Part shown: positions 50,023 through 63,469 of the stretch, piece after piece | How positions within the stretch are numbered: position 1 is the stretch's first letter | Layout of the letters: the number at the start of each line of letters is the position of its first letter | NCBI RefSeq assembly: GCF_963853765.1 | Contig: NC_088855.1 | Span: 50,096,001-50,160,000, forward strand | Length of the DNA stretch: 64,000 nucleotides | Reading direction: 5' to 3' | From: Magallana gigas | Taxonomy: Eukaryota | Made by a program: the position numbers and the translations under genes | The notes under the pieces: generated by a model | What the model was told of the DNA's origin: nothing | The model's input: only the letters and a program-made list of their open reading frames with translations | Databases searched by the model: none

Positions 50023-53000
50023 ATGAAGACTCATCCAAGTGTAAGAATAAAAGGCACAGAAAACAACTATAATCCTGTCAGATGTATGGACCACAGATGC
50101 CAGGATAGTTCTGTTCACATGCACTGCCCTTTTTGTGTGAAGAGAGATTTTTATCATGATCCTGTCATACTCAAAGCTCATTTTCGTGTAAAGCATGTTG
50201 ATAAAGGAATAGATTTTGCAGGTTTGAAGGCTTTTGATATTGCAATTTGAAAGTCATTTCAAAGAAATGAATAAAGATAACAGATGATGACTTGATTATA
50301 TTTAACTTACAGGGCTTAAAATTTTGAGATGCTGTGACCACTGTGATATTGTTGGTATCATCAAAGGAGAAAAGAAATTTAAAGGTGCTCACTGGCACTG
50401 CTACAAGTGTAGAAATGGTTTCAATAGAAGGGATGAAGCCATAAAGCACTACAAAACCCATTTTAGAAATCCACAAACCACGTTTCAAATCCAAATAGCT
50501 CAGGTATGTTTCTCAATAAAACTATCTCTCCTTCTTATCTCAATGACTCTATCGAACTCTTAAGTTGTCTACAGTGTATCTAAAATTGCATCTGATCATA
50601 GATTTATGATTTTCAATTTCATAAACAAATTACAACACAATGTATTTATAAAACAATTAAACATGAGATCCCTTTAACATATTGGTTATTTTGATTTTTT
50701 ATTTTTTTTTCGTGGAACATCATCACTCTCAAGATTCATGTAGCTATATCAATTTATTTTCGTCTGACAGGAAATCAACAATCCATGTTCTTACCCAGAT
50801 GACTCTATGGAGCCAAATGAACTCTCAATCCATCCTGTCCTCACACAAGCTGTTATGTCCACCAGCCTAGCAGACAATGGCTACAAATGTATGTCTTCAT
50901 GTGTCTATAAATATAAATTTTTATGTATATAAATGCATTACTTTAATATGGCTTTGAAACATAAGTGATGAAATTTGATTGATGGTTTTTTTTTATGAAT
51001 TCAACAATTTTTATAAAAAGCTGCTTGGGCCAATTTATTTTACATGTACTGTATCAATAGATTTCCATTCAAACAATTATCTTACAAATTAAGTTATGGA
51101 CTATATCCCACTTACACCAGCAGAATCAACCTCCTTTCCAAGATATGAATATTCAAAGTAAATAGAAATAATTTCTAAATGGGAACCAAAAAAAAAAAAC
51201 AAAGCAAATACAGTGGAATCATCATTGTTTGTCAGAAACCAATGTTCGTGGCTTTCGTGGGTAACCCTTGCCAATGAATTTACATCCCCATGAACCTTAA
51301 TATATACACAATCACTTTTGAAAGATCTGTTAAAACTATCCTGATTACATGACCAAAGAAGTTACGTCCCAACGAACCAGGAAAATTTTGGCTACCCACG
51401 AACATTGATCCCCAAGATTAAAAATGATTCTACAGTACATAATGGACATGTTTTGAAAAGGGAACCATTTGATTTTGTCCCCTAACTGATTAGGTTTATT
51501 CAACTCGCATATTTATATGCATCGATTGTAAACAAACCAAACTTCCAAAAGATAAGTAAAAAAATGTACATGGGTTTATTTTTGATTAGCCTAAACATTT
51601 TTGAAATCTTATTTCCTTTTTTATAGCAATTGTCAAAGACGTTATACAGTCATACCTACCTTGAACTTTAGGGCAAATCTTAATAAGGGGCAAAATAGCA
51701 CATTACCCTTTAAGTTTGTTTTGTAAACAAATTTTGTATATCATTTTCCCATTAAGATATGGCTTTATTGACCAGTCAACTACTGCAATGCCTATTGTTA
51801 TACACACATAAAGCAAAACAATTGTTTAAAAGCTTACATAAATTTTGAAATAAAATCGGACCAAGCAGTTTTAAGAAATACTTTGTAAATTAATGAATAT
51901 GTTTGATTAACTGATGGTAATATCTGATCAATGCTTTCAAAAAAAGACAGAATACTTTGAGATCTAAATGACCGGTGAATTACTTATACAAATCATGATA
52001 CTATCTTTATATTTGTATAAATTACCTTTATGACTATATATTATATGCACACTGTTCATATGTTTTGACATACTGATGTACATTTGCCCGGCTGTTACAA
52101 GTTCATGTATGTGTATGGACTATTTTTATATGTTGAATCTATTATTTAGGCATATCTATCTAATATCTGTAATCTTGTATGCCCTCTGGGCCCAAAATTG
52201 GAAATAAACTATTATTATTATTATTATTATTATATGTTTTGAACATTAAGTTGTGGGGTAATTTTTATGTGTAAAATGATATTTTAGCTCTTCTGAACCC
52301 ACCATCAACCCAGGTTAGCCTGACAAATGGGAAGTCTCCTGATGGTACTGTACAAGTGTCTGTGGCAGCCAACGAGACTGTAGATTCCTCCGAAAATGCT
52401 CAAACTCACATCATGATCATTCATGAGGACACTGGTGATAACGAAGATGGAAATACATACACCACCCAGATCATCTCCAGTGAGGTATCATACAATTATA
52501 TATATATATGTATACATATTGCATAGGCTGTGCATATGTGTAACTGAAACGGCTGCTCTTTATTATTCCGGTCATATTATCACATTGAAAAATGTAGAGT
52601 ACCGTATGCTGATTTTTATTCAACAGTTATCATTGAAATAACTTGCTCATCTCTGAGCACTGCAAATCATCAACAATTCTGCATGCAACAGTTATTGATG
52701 GTTTATTGTGTTCTTAGGATGTAGGTATTGAGGAAGAGAAAGAACATGCTGTTCATCAGAACTCAAACAACCAGATAGAGGAAATGCAGCAGAAATATGA
52801 AAAGTTACAGGAAGACAAACATCATATGGAGGCTCATCTGAAGTTAGTGATAGAGAACCTGCAGTCAGAGGTAAGCAAAAGTTGGATGTGTTTATATGCT
52901 TAGGTTGTTATAGAAATGGTTAAAAGATGACTAGCACATCTATTACAGATAAAGTAACAGTATGATTAAAGGGGTATATTTTTTTTATTTACATTTTGTA

Positions 53001-54900
53001 TATAGATTGATGTATATTAAGTGTTAATAATAATACAGTTGATGTTTCATATGTTGCACACTTATTAATTAAACTTTAGGTTGATTCAGAGCATTCCAAA
53101 TGATTGCATACGAGGGTCAATAAAAAAATACAAAGACTTTTTCCATAGCTTTGTTATTTAACGTCATATTATTACTAAATATTTAGTAAACATAATTATG
53201 CAATTGTTTCAAACAATTTGAAATCAAGAAAGTTCATATATTCCTTTATTTCTGAGAATTATTTAGAACCTAATCCTGCAAAAAATGAGGTCACGGCGCA
53301 CGGTCAAACTTTGTGTGAACAATAAAGCATATTATGTTGAAAGTAATATCTCCATAAACTGGTCATAAAACCAACGGAAATTGAAACCTAAAATCAAAAA
53401 TTGTCATGACAAGCCATGTGCAAAATAATGACGGAGTATATAGATTTGTTGAACAGACATACATGAGTCCTCCTTAAAATTGACCAAAAGCATTGACATC
53501 GCCGGACGTCACGGCGCAACGAAAAGTATAAATAGTAATGTATGCATCTAACTCGGGCAAAAGCTGATAAAAACTGTGAAAATGCTCAATGGTGGAAAAA
53601 TAGGTTAAAAATTATTTGCACATTTGTGTTTAACTCTCAACACATTTTGTGGGGTTGTGGTAAATGTATTTTGAACATCAAACAATACGAAATATAGTAG
53701 AATATCTATTAATATTTGATCAAAAAATAAACGTCATCTGACATTCAGAGATTTCTTAACTGTAAACGAAGAGACATGCATTGAAAAATAAGGAAACTTT
53801 GAGGAACTAACCTATGATTTTTTAACAAATTTGATGACAAGTGAAATATTGCCGATTTAAATTGAATGGTAAAATGCACAAAAGACTCAGAGAGACATAA
53901 AGATTGGATATTTTTATTAACTGTGCGTGCGTCATCTTGACGTTATGTATTCAATGTTACCGTGCACCGTTGTGACAAAACATGTTGATTTAAAAATCGG
54001 GTAACAAAAATACCTTTACATCATTTGGAATGAAACTTTGTATATCGATAATATAAGTATTGTTGCATTAATTAATCTGTTAGTTATGACTTTACTGAAA
54101 AATATATAACAGACAGCCACACTGTCTTCTTATTTTTTTTATTGACCCTTGTACATGTATATATACAGTGTAGTTGAAAAATAAGGAAAATTCATGAAGC
54201 AATCTAAATATTCATGATAAATGTATTATCCCCACAAAACACTTGAAATACTCTTTATGAAAATTACGATATATAATGTAATTTCAATGGTTGTAAAGTA
54301 GTCATTATTCTTTTGATTAGTATGTTACATATTTCAGTTTCTGATATTTCATTACAGATAAAAGACTTGAAAGAAAAGTTGCATAAAAGTAAGCAGCGAG
54401 AACAAGAGCTGATGGAACAAATAAGTGTGCCACTAGATAAAAATATAGAAAATCTTATGAAGCAGTTAGAAACTCAGCATAGGGATCTGTTATATCAACA
54501 GCTATTATGTATAAAACGGGAATATAAGTTACACACCATTACCTGTCCTGAAGAGTCCACGGTCCCATTACAACACACGGACAGTGGCACTGATAAAGCT
54601 ACTGCAAGTAACACCCAACTGTTCACTGTCAGCCAGACTTTTGACAACTCTCCTGATCAGGAGGAAGATGAGGCAGATACTGTGGCGATTGGTGCTCAAG
54701 AAAATGATGACTCAATAAAGTTAGCTGAAAATTCTGTTGAATCTGCCAATGTAGTATGCATCAATTATAATTCCCTTCCTATTGATTCTGCTGGAAACTT
54801 TCAGGTTACTCATCATTTAACACCCCAGGATGAGGAATGTGGTGGTGGTGAGGTGGGAGTGGATGGTGCACCCCCTCCCAAACGCTTCAAGCCAGAGTAG
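50023..54900 (+). CDS. Uncharacterised C2H2-like zinc-finger/coiled-coil nuclear protein, ~466 aa, 6 coding exons
   Basis: Exons 50023-50221, 50313-50503, 50771-50888, 52288-52484, 52718-52870, 54358-54900, phase-consistent. HMHCPFC-x12-H-x4-H and HWHCYKC-x12-H-x3-H; coiled coil; C-terminal NLS-like PPPKRFKP. Start codon uncertain. Confidence 0.8.
51209..51437. mobile_element. Tc1/mariner-like MITE
   Basis: TACAGTGGAATCAT ... ATGATTCTACAGTA inverted termini; resembles 10953-11153. Confidence 0.55.
53111..54151. mobile_element. Mariner/Tc1-type non-autonomous element, ~1.04 kb
   Basis: ta|CGAGGGTCAATAAAAAAA ... TTTTTTTATTGACCCTTG|ta, TA TSD. Confidence 0.75.
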
Positions 54901-57157
54901 ACAGTAATCTGTGCCACACAGTAAAGTCAATGTCTGTTGTTGAAGTACGGTAGTAACTTTGTGTTTAGATTTTAAATTATTACTTATGAAAAAAGGAAAT
55001 ATGGTATTGAGGTGTATATATTAGATCTACCAAAGGTAATGTATCTACTGTATTAGCAGGAATTAAAGGGGGTTTTATCATGTTTTCAAAATCACCTTAG
55101 GCATGTATGCAGCAGATATTGTGAAATAATAACTGTTAAAACCAATAAAGCTCTTATCAAAGATAATTAATTTAAGATATCCCAGGCATATTTTAAAGGG
55201 ATTGCTGTGCACCATTTGTTTGACTTCATGAGTGCCCATTGCTCATTCTTAGTAATGAACATGTTTTCATATTTATGACTAAAATTAGGGACCTATAAAC
55301 TAACAAGGAAGAATAATTGTGATATTAGTCTTAACTTTTATGAATGAGAAATTTATTGATGGTGATGATTTTGGCCAATAATAGCACCCAAAATAATTAA
55401 AGCAATATGAGCTGCAATTTTTATGTTAAAATTTCTTTTTACGAAAAGTGTTATTTTCTACTAAATCGACAAAAATATCATGATTTTTAAAGTTCCGTTA
55501 GCCATATTTTTATTGGAAAAGCCGTAAAGAAGTCTTAAATGAAGCAAAATTGAATTATTGTCGTCCCGTACAAAAATTGATCTGCTATATATTCCTTAGA
55601 AGAAAAATCTTTCTTTTGACGAAAATTAATGATTCTTTCAAACCTTTTTTATCATAAGAGTTTAATTTACATGCAAACTTATCATACTAGCAGGTTTTTA
55701 CAGCAAAATAAAATTCTAAAAGATACAGCTCTTATTGCTTTAACTGAAAAAAATGTTCGGCAGATATGAGCTGATTTAAACTCTTTTGAAAATGTGATTA
55801 AACCCCCTAATTCAATTCTATTCTCTATAAATGAAAGTCATGTTTTATCTTTCATGGTTCAGCTACAGAATTTCGTTTTAAAAAATTCTTGCCACATTAA
55901 ACTCCTTGAACATCATACACCTTTATAACTGGAAAAGACGTGCATTGTATATGGATTAAGCAATGTGTAGGCAATATGTTTAATTGCAGTTAGCTGGATA
56001 AAATTTAGCAGCAGCAGAGTTCAGATGTTGTTTGTTGAAAGAATTGATTGTGTATTATGAATGTATGAATTAATAAAATGAAATCATACAAGTATCTTTT
56101 GACTCTTTTTGGAAAAAAAAAAAATCAGTTATTTTTACAGGTAAATATGAATGATATGAATGAAAGTAACAAGTATCTTTTATATCTTTTAATAAATTTG
56201 ATTTTGATTCAAACTAAAAAAATAAAAAAGGTCATAGACCACATTGAGACCAGGTGAAAATCAATTAAGTCCCAAAAATGTGTTGTCAGAAACCCATGAT
56301 TAATAGAGAGGAACATGTCTGGTTTCAAAGGATGTCAAAATGATGCAAAAAGCAAAACTTGCTAACTCTGTAGCAAAACTACTATTTACAGAGAAATATT
56401 CGCCAGTTTTATTTTCGTCCTCATTGCCAGCAAATGAATTTAAGACTGGGCGATTTTACCGGCGTCTCAAATAATCTCTCTTTAAACACATCTGTGTCTG
56501 GGCGAATTCAAAATGGGGCGAAACTCTTTACAAGTGTAGAAGGACGAAAATTACACGGGTCGAAAATAACCCAGTATACAATATATCCTGGAGAAGACAC
56601 TGAAAACAAACATTTGTCCATGTTTTAACTCTTTATTCTACCCGACTGATGACTTTAATGGCAGCACAATGACACGAGATTCTTATCTACCGGTAATTGG
56701 ATAAATATGAACAACATAGAACGCATACTGTACACGTCTCATTAAGGTTGTGGGTCTGTAGAGAAGCTTGCTATCACACTAACGGTACATTCAAGTGCAT
56801 AAAGTTGTACCAGCTTGAGTGTCTATTCAACATTATATCAGTGCATTTGTTCATTTCTAATATTGCTTGTGCAGAATATGAAAGTGTCTATCTTTCTTGT
56901 ATGCAATTAAAAAACTAATTTTCTCTTTGATGTCACTGAATGATATTTAATGAAGCAGCCATTGCTGATATTTATTGTCTATTTAAAGGTAATCATATTT
57001 CCACAAAAGTTGGTATATATGTATCTGTACATGTAAATAATCATATATCCAATGTCTATTGTTCTGTACAAACATAAATCTCTCATTCACAATGTTGAGT
57101 TTGTAACCAGATTTCATTCCTCGTTGATACACTCATCCTGCAGTCCTTCACTAACAC

Positions 57158-60100
57158 TCAGCTGGCATCAATAATGAGGTCAGAATCATAATCCTCCTTG
57201 TTCGTATCATTGGCTGTTTCACTGAAAATGTCCAGAAAAAATCTGAGTATTAGAACATGAATGCCAAACCAGCAGGCAACTTTAGTATTGCATAGAATGT
57301 TGTGCAAGGGCTACACATCACAAATCAGTATAACTTGTGTTTTAGAGTGTGAAGAAGATCCACTTAAGATGAGCATAGCCAACAACAAAAATTATAATGT
57401 TTATTTTCTCAAACTCAATTATTATTATTACATAATGCCATAAGGTCAAATGCTGGTGCATTTTAATTTATTTCAATAAACTTGATCTGTAATGTCATTA
57501 TCAATGTTCAGCTGTACGATTCAAATTGGATATACTAGTATACACATTGTCATGACAGACAAATGGATGAGCAATATTTTATAATCTGACTACCTCATGT
57601 CATGGTATATTAATTCCATTGTCTTCAAAAAGCTATCAGTCATACATATTTAGAATACAAACCTGTCTGGATTAGAATTGTCATTGCTGAATATTTCCAT
57701 TGGTAACATGGCCGGAGCTTTCTCAATCTTGAATGAATGTTGTCTGGATTCCAAATGCCTTTCCAGTTCCTCCCTCGTCATGTGACTTTCAGCTTTCTCT
57801 GCTTTTGACTTTGCTGGGAGAAAAAAAAGTTAATATATATATACTATACAGATTTTCAACTCTCTCTCTCTTTCTCTCAATATTCTCAAAATGATTTACA
57901 TCGCATATAGAATTGTACCTCTTGATTTTTTTGTGCTTGGTCTGGAGCGCTTTTTGGTTGGCTCTGCACTTGTTCCCTGAAATTTAAGGTAAAAAAATAC
58001 ATGTACAAACCATACATAGCTCATATACCAGTACCTGTAATTACAAATGTACATGCAAACATTTTAACTGTAACATTAATATTGACTGGTTAGTTTAAAT
58101 TGAGATTGGTTCATAGATATATGAATAAGCAAGACGCCGATGGGCCCGTTGCCCACCCATGTGAAATTTAATAAAAGTCAATTTTGTATTTCTATACTAT
58201 TTCATTAAACTGTGAATTTCCATTGTGGCCATACCCTAGTTCTGCAAGGTCATGATTTAAATGAATTGGAATCTTTAACATTGAAATAAAAAAGCATTAA
58301 TATTTCTTTAATTGTTTTAACTTGAATGAGTTCTAATTCAATTGTTCCTCAAGATACTGATTTTCACTTCATCAGGAAATTTACATTGTAATACATGTAT
58401 GACATTTAGTTATAGCATTGCTGTTCTTGAGAAGAAAACAGTTTTCTTCCTATATATTTATTATAAAAACTAAGAAGTGGGCCCTCTTGGGGCTCCATTA
58501 AAGTTTTATGCTCTGATCAAATTCAAATTTACAGTATATCAAATTAGAATATACGTATATGTGTAGCATAGTACATGTATCACAAATTGCAGAATTGTAG
58601 TTTTTGAGAAATAGATTTTCCCCTTCAAAGTTATTGTTGATTTTTACCCAGTTTCGCCAACTTCTGTACAATGTTCAATAGTATTTGGCTCTCTAGTTGT
58701 TGATAAGGGAAACTATGGAAAAAATTACCCTAAAGGTGTGGTTACACGATGCAATTTTTCATCAAATTTTTTTGACTTGCTCAGTTAAGTCGATTGGAGT
58801 TGATTGTTGAGGTGGACACAGGATATAATTTTGCAATTGATTTTCAAGTTATTAAATATTATCATTGTATGGGGAAAAAGTCATTGTGACATCACAATTC
58901 TCACCAGAGAGTCGACTGAAAAGTGGATACACTTCTTAGGTGTGTTCAACTTCAACAGAGCAAGCACTTGCCAAAATTCTCTATACCCGCAACACAAATT
59001 TTGGCGAGTGCGTAAGCTCACTCTGTTGAACACGCCTCTAATGTTCACTTGACTTTCAATCAACTTTCAGACTTTGCTTTTGACTTAGTTGGTCACACTG
59101 TAAGATTTTAGTCATAAGTGTATCGGATGAGAAAATTGGATGCAAAATTGCATCGTGTGACTGCACTTAAACAGACAACAACGCTTATAAAAATTGAGCT
59201 TATAGTATGTGTATGAAGAATTTATTAAAACTCACTGCAGCTTGAAACAAACCAGCCATGCCAATATTTCCAAATATGGTTGAAGCTTCAGATCCAAATG
59301 GTAACTGTGACTGGCCAGGGCTCATTTTTCTTCTAAGTATTAAAAAATAGTTCTAAATGTAACCCGCCAAAATAAAAAGATTCATTTGGAATAATTTTAT
59401 CATATTTTCTTCCATAGAAGGCTTTAAAATGATTAATTATAGAAATACATGTAAACAAAGAAACATTGATTACTTTTTTCCAGACGTATGTCCATCTGCC
59501 TCACTGTCACTGGATGCTGTCACATCAGAATCACCTGAAGAGTCTTCCACTTTTTCATACTGCAACAAACGATCCAAGAGAAAACTGCAAAGGAACCAAA
59601 AAAAGGTATAATACATGTACAAACTATTCTATTTATTATTAAGTTAGCTAGAGCTTGTTTCAAAAACTGACAATTTTCCCACTTGGTGAAATTCGATGTT
59701 TACGTCAGTCACTTGCTAGACTCAGTCAGTCACTTCACCAGCATCAAAGACATGCTGCCATCATTCCTTGATTATTCTAATACATGTATATTTGAAATTA
59801 CCGTATATCAGGTTTTTTCGGCGAATCAGAGCCTAGAACGGTATATAAAATTTACGCGAATCAAATTTTCACTATTTCAAAATCGCATTGAAAATATAAT
59901 ACAGGATTGTTTAAATCTGTGAGTTAAGAGGGGAAACATATCTAAATTGTCGCTCTTTGTAATGAAAAATTCGGACAATGAAACCATTTACACGATTTCC
60001 TTAATGGGAAATAATTACTGATAGTTATTTTCAGAGACACAAACAGTCATAGATAAATAGATCATGTACCGTTACATATACCAGTAGCTCATGTATAATT

Positions 60101-62407
60101 AGACATCTGTTTATGCAAGGAAAGCGACCGTTTTAATTACCTTTTAAATGGATTATCAAATAAACAATGAGGCTTACAAATCTATTATCTGGTGCTTGTC
60201 CTCCGATCCCGCAATTTGTACCTCTAACTAAACTACCTGAACATAGTTCACCGTACTTTTACTTACCTGTTTATCTTATCAGGAAAGAGAGAACTCTTTT
60301 ACAAAAACAAAATTTTGTATCAAATTTACGCTGATTTATTTTCTGCGATTCGGAAATCATTGCAAACAAAGCGGAAATTGGATACACGCGGAAAAAACCT
60401 GATATACGGGTATTCTTACATTTTGAATGACTATATGTAAATGTAAGTCGATATACGGGTATTCTTATATTTTGAATGACTTTATGTAAATGTATGTCAA
60501 TATCAAACAGAGGGAGAGAGAGAGAGAGTTTGCTAGACTATTAAATTAAATGAAGTAAGGCTTAATTAATCAGATTTATAGACACCTTAATTCTTTTTTT
60601 TTAAATCTTTACTTTTGATGTTATAGTTACAAATTTTACATATTAAAACTGAACTACATGGTATCTATAGAATAAACATTACCTTTTGTCTCGAGAGACC
60701 TTTAATAATTTTCTTTGAGCTTTCCTTAATTCTTCCAAAAAGCATTCTTGTTCCTAGAGGAAATAAAAGATAAATTCATTAATAAAGAAACATGAATATG
60801 TATTACATTGTATTTTATTCATTCTCTTAAGAATGTCATGTCAATGATGATTTCTCTATGTATTTTCATTTTATAAATTTCATTTGTTCTTTCCTTGTTA
60901 CAAAAATGACAAAAAGTGACAGAAATGGAATTCTCAAACAGAGTAATGCAAGTTAGTGGCCAGAGCTATTCATTAGCTTGTATGTTTAAACATTATTATT
61001 CATTCTTCAATGCCATAACTGATGCCAGAACAACATTTCAGCTAATGTTACACAATACTACCGTATAAGTAATACTGAACGCAGTGAGAGCCTCTTGAAG
61101 CAAGACTCAATGGTAACATGTATATATATATATACATCTAACAGCTAAAAAATTTTCTTTCAGCTCATGGGAATTCTTGAAATCACTTTCACTCAGCTTG
61201 GATGTTTCCAAAGACATATACTTATGAAATATGATGTCATAATTGTAGACTGAGCATGTGGCATTTACCGTACTTAAAATTTGGCTGATGAATTGAATAT
61301 AGGCAGTTATAAGATTAATTACTAGTAATCACAAATTGTACTTTCAATACATATATAGCATAAAATATAAAATGAACAACCTTGCAAAATATCAACAAAA
61401 CAGTCTGACGTGAATTGGCGACTTCACTGTTCTTATAACCATAAGATATCGCTCACACCAAAACCCCTCAATGTTGTGTGCAATGCAAAAGTGAGCAAAT
61501 TGATACCCGGTAATAACCAGAGACATAAATAACAGAGATTGGCAACTGATAGAAATCTCGCGGTCCCTATTGTAAAGTCTTCCCAGTGTAAATCAGTATA
61601 TCAATTATATCGAAATATAAACAGATAAACCCTATTACCAAACATTTAAAATATAATACTTTCATGAGTTAATGTCTTATAAACAATATTAAAAGAGGAG
61701 TTTTAGGAGGCAGTTGGCCACCCGTCATCCATATTTCGCTGATGTTTTATGGCTGGCCAATATATTTTCTATATATTCACCTTATATTTCAATTTTTTGT
61801 TTCAATAAAACGTCTAAAACCTATGCACATTTATCATAAAAACAATATACTTTTGGTTTAAGATCATTATCTTAGTTTACTAATATGTAAAGTTCTCAAT
61901 CAGCAGTCAAAGTAAGGTTGGTCCCGTAACATATTTCAACAACAAAACACGCTAATGGCGGAGTTGCCAATCTCTGTTATTTATGTCTCTGATAATAACT
62001 TACATAAACAAGAAGTTTTAGCTTCTTTTTTAATGTCTTGTACTTTTGTTTGTAATCTATTTGATGCTCTCCTGCAATGTGTGCATCTAGAAAAAATGAA
62101 ATAGGAAATGGTTAAAACATGTTCTAACATGCAGACAACGCGGACATGGATGGAACGCCTAAAGAAGTAACAAACAGTTTATGTCATTCATTTACGTCTC
62201 TGCATTAGGCCTTAGCATTATTAGTTTCGGGGGTTTTTTTTCACTCTCAAGTCTTAGTCTGAACAAGTCAATGATCACTGAAAATGTTTGACATCCGACT
62301 GATTTCCTCAATTTATTTATTTTTTGCAAAATATAATAGCATAGAAGATAAAAAGCAAAATTAAATACTACGAAATATAGAATCAAACCACCTGCAAGTG
62401 GCATCAT
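57158..62407 (-). CDS. INO80E: INO80 complex subunit E, 216 aa, 8 coding exons
   Basis: Exons 62407-62392, 62086-62004, 60753-60683, 59584-59474, 59332-59236, 57976-57919, 57813-57663, 57221-57158. [53 protein letters not shown] and C-terminal DLIID match INO80E. The gene is largely missed by the ORF track. Confidence 0.92.
58734..59167. mobile_element. TIR MITE, Harbinger-like
   Basis: acacgatgcaatttt / aaaattgcatcgtgt inverted repeat with TAA-like flanks. Confidence 0.55.
59801..60410. mobile_element. pogo/Tc1-like MITE
   Basis: ta|CCGTATATCAGGTTTTTTC ... GAAAAAACCTGATATACGG(G)|ta. Confidence 0.65.
61518..61991. mobile_element. hAT-like MITE next to the INO80E exon 2 donor
   Basis: 29-bp perfect TIR CAGAGACATAAATAACAGAGATTGGCAAC; flanks GTAATAAC / ATAATAAC (7 of 8 match). 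Confidence 0.7.
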
Positions 62408-62510
62408 TGTCAGTAGTTCACAAGAAGGCCTTTATTTTCAACAGGAAGTTGTGTTCTTCTGAGTTGTACGTCACCAACATTTGTGCTCTCTTTTACTTCC
62501 GGCCGTCGAT
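62408..62510. promoter_or_regulatory. Compact bidirectional promoter (INO80E/RPL6) with 5'TOP first exon
   Basis: ETS motifs CAGGAAGT (~62442) and ACTTCCGG (~62495). Pyrimidine tract ctctcttttacttcc from ~62486, followed by donor GTGAGT at 62511. Confidence 0.7.
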
Positions 62511-62859
62511 GTGAGTGAACGAAAATTGTTGATAATATTGGAAAATCCGTCAAATATCTTAGCAATCATGTCTGGATTTTCTTTAATCTAAATAAAAATG
62601 CATTGATTAATCATTATTCTACAAAGGGCCATTGTTAATTTGCTTATAGTAACTTGTTATTGATAGATAATTGTGGTTAAAAACAAACGTGGAACCACTA
62701 CATGTATATCCTAAATTTATAATGATGGACATCGACAGTTCATACAATTTTTAACACAACACAATGTTATTAGAACTAGAATTTGCCTTATCGGAATTTT
62801 TTCTGTTACCTAGTTGTATGCTGCCCCTTTTCAATTATTCACCTTGTCTCGATTTTCAG

Positions 62860-63469
62860 ATGGGACCGAAAGCCGAGACTAAAGCAGCTAAGCCAAAGGC
62901 TGCGGCTGCTAAGCCTGCTGCCAAGAAACAGACCCAAGCACGTTTGGTCAAGAAAACCATTGGTGGAGACAAAAATGGTGGACACAGGCTTGTCAGAAAA
63001 ACACGAATGGTAAGGTATTTCAATTCAAATATGATCTATGAAATTCTTCACAAATCAGTGGTATCTGATTGATGTGTAAAGAAATGGGATAAATAATAAA
63101 TGGGTTCGAACCCCTGCTCTCTAAATTGCTAGTCAGGTGCTCTACCAACTGGAGCTAGTAGACACCAGCCATCAAATGAGTCTGAATGTCAGTCACAAAT
63201 GCCCGAAAGATAGCAATTGAATGTGAATGATTATTTATCAATCTGATTTATTATCTGTAAATACAAACTCAATACAAATGATAGTTTATAGTTCAAGGAT
63301 TTATTAAATGTATGTCTTGCTTTTTCAGTCCCGTTATTACCCTACAGAAGACAAGCCAAGAAAGTTGAGGTCAAGGAAGACAGCTTTTTCCAAGCACAAG
63401 CACAGCTTGAGGTCATCAATTACCCCAGGAACTGTTCTTATCCTAGTGGCTGGTCGTCACAAGGGAAAG
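62860..63469 (+). CDS. RPL6: 60S ribosomal protein L6 (eL6), first two coding exons; gene continues past the window
   Basis: Exons 62860-63009 and 63329-63469. [42 protein letters not shown]. Confidence 0.95.
63101..63172 (-). mobile_element. tRNA-derived SINE head fragment in an RPL6 intron
   Basis: The reverse strand reads tagctccagttggtagagc (A box) ... ggttcgaaccc (B box); no complete acceptor stem. Confidence 0.55.
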
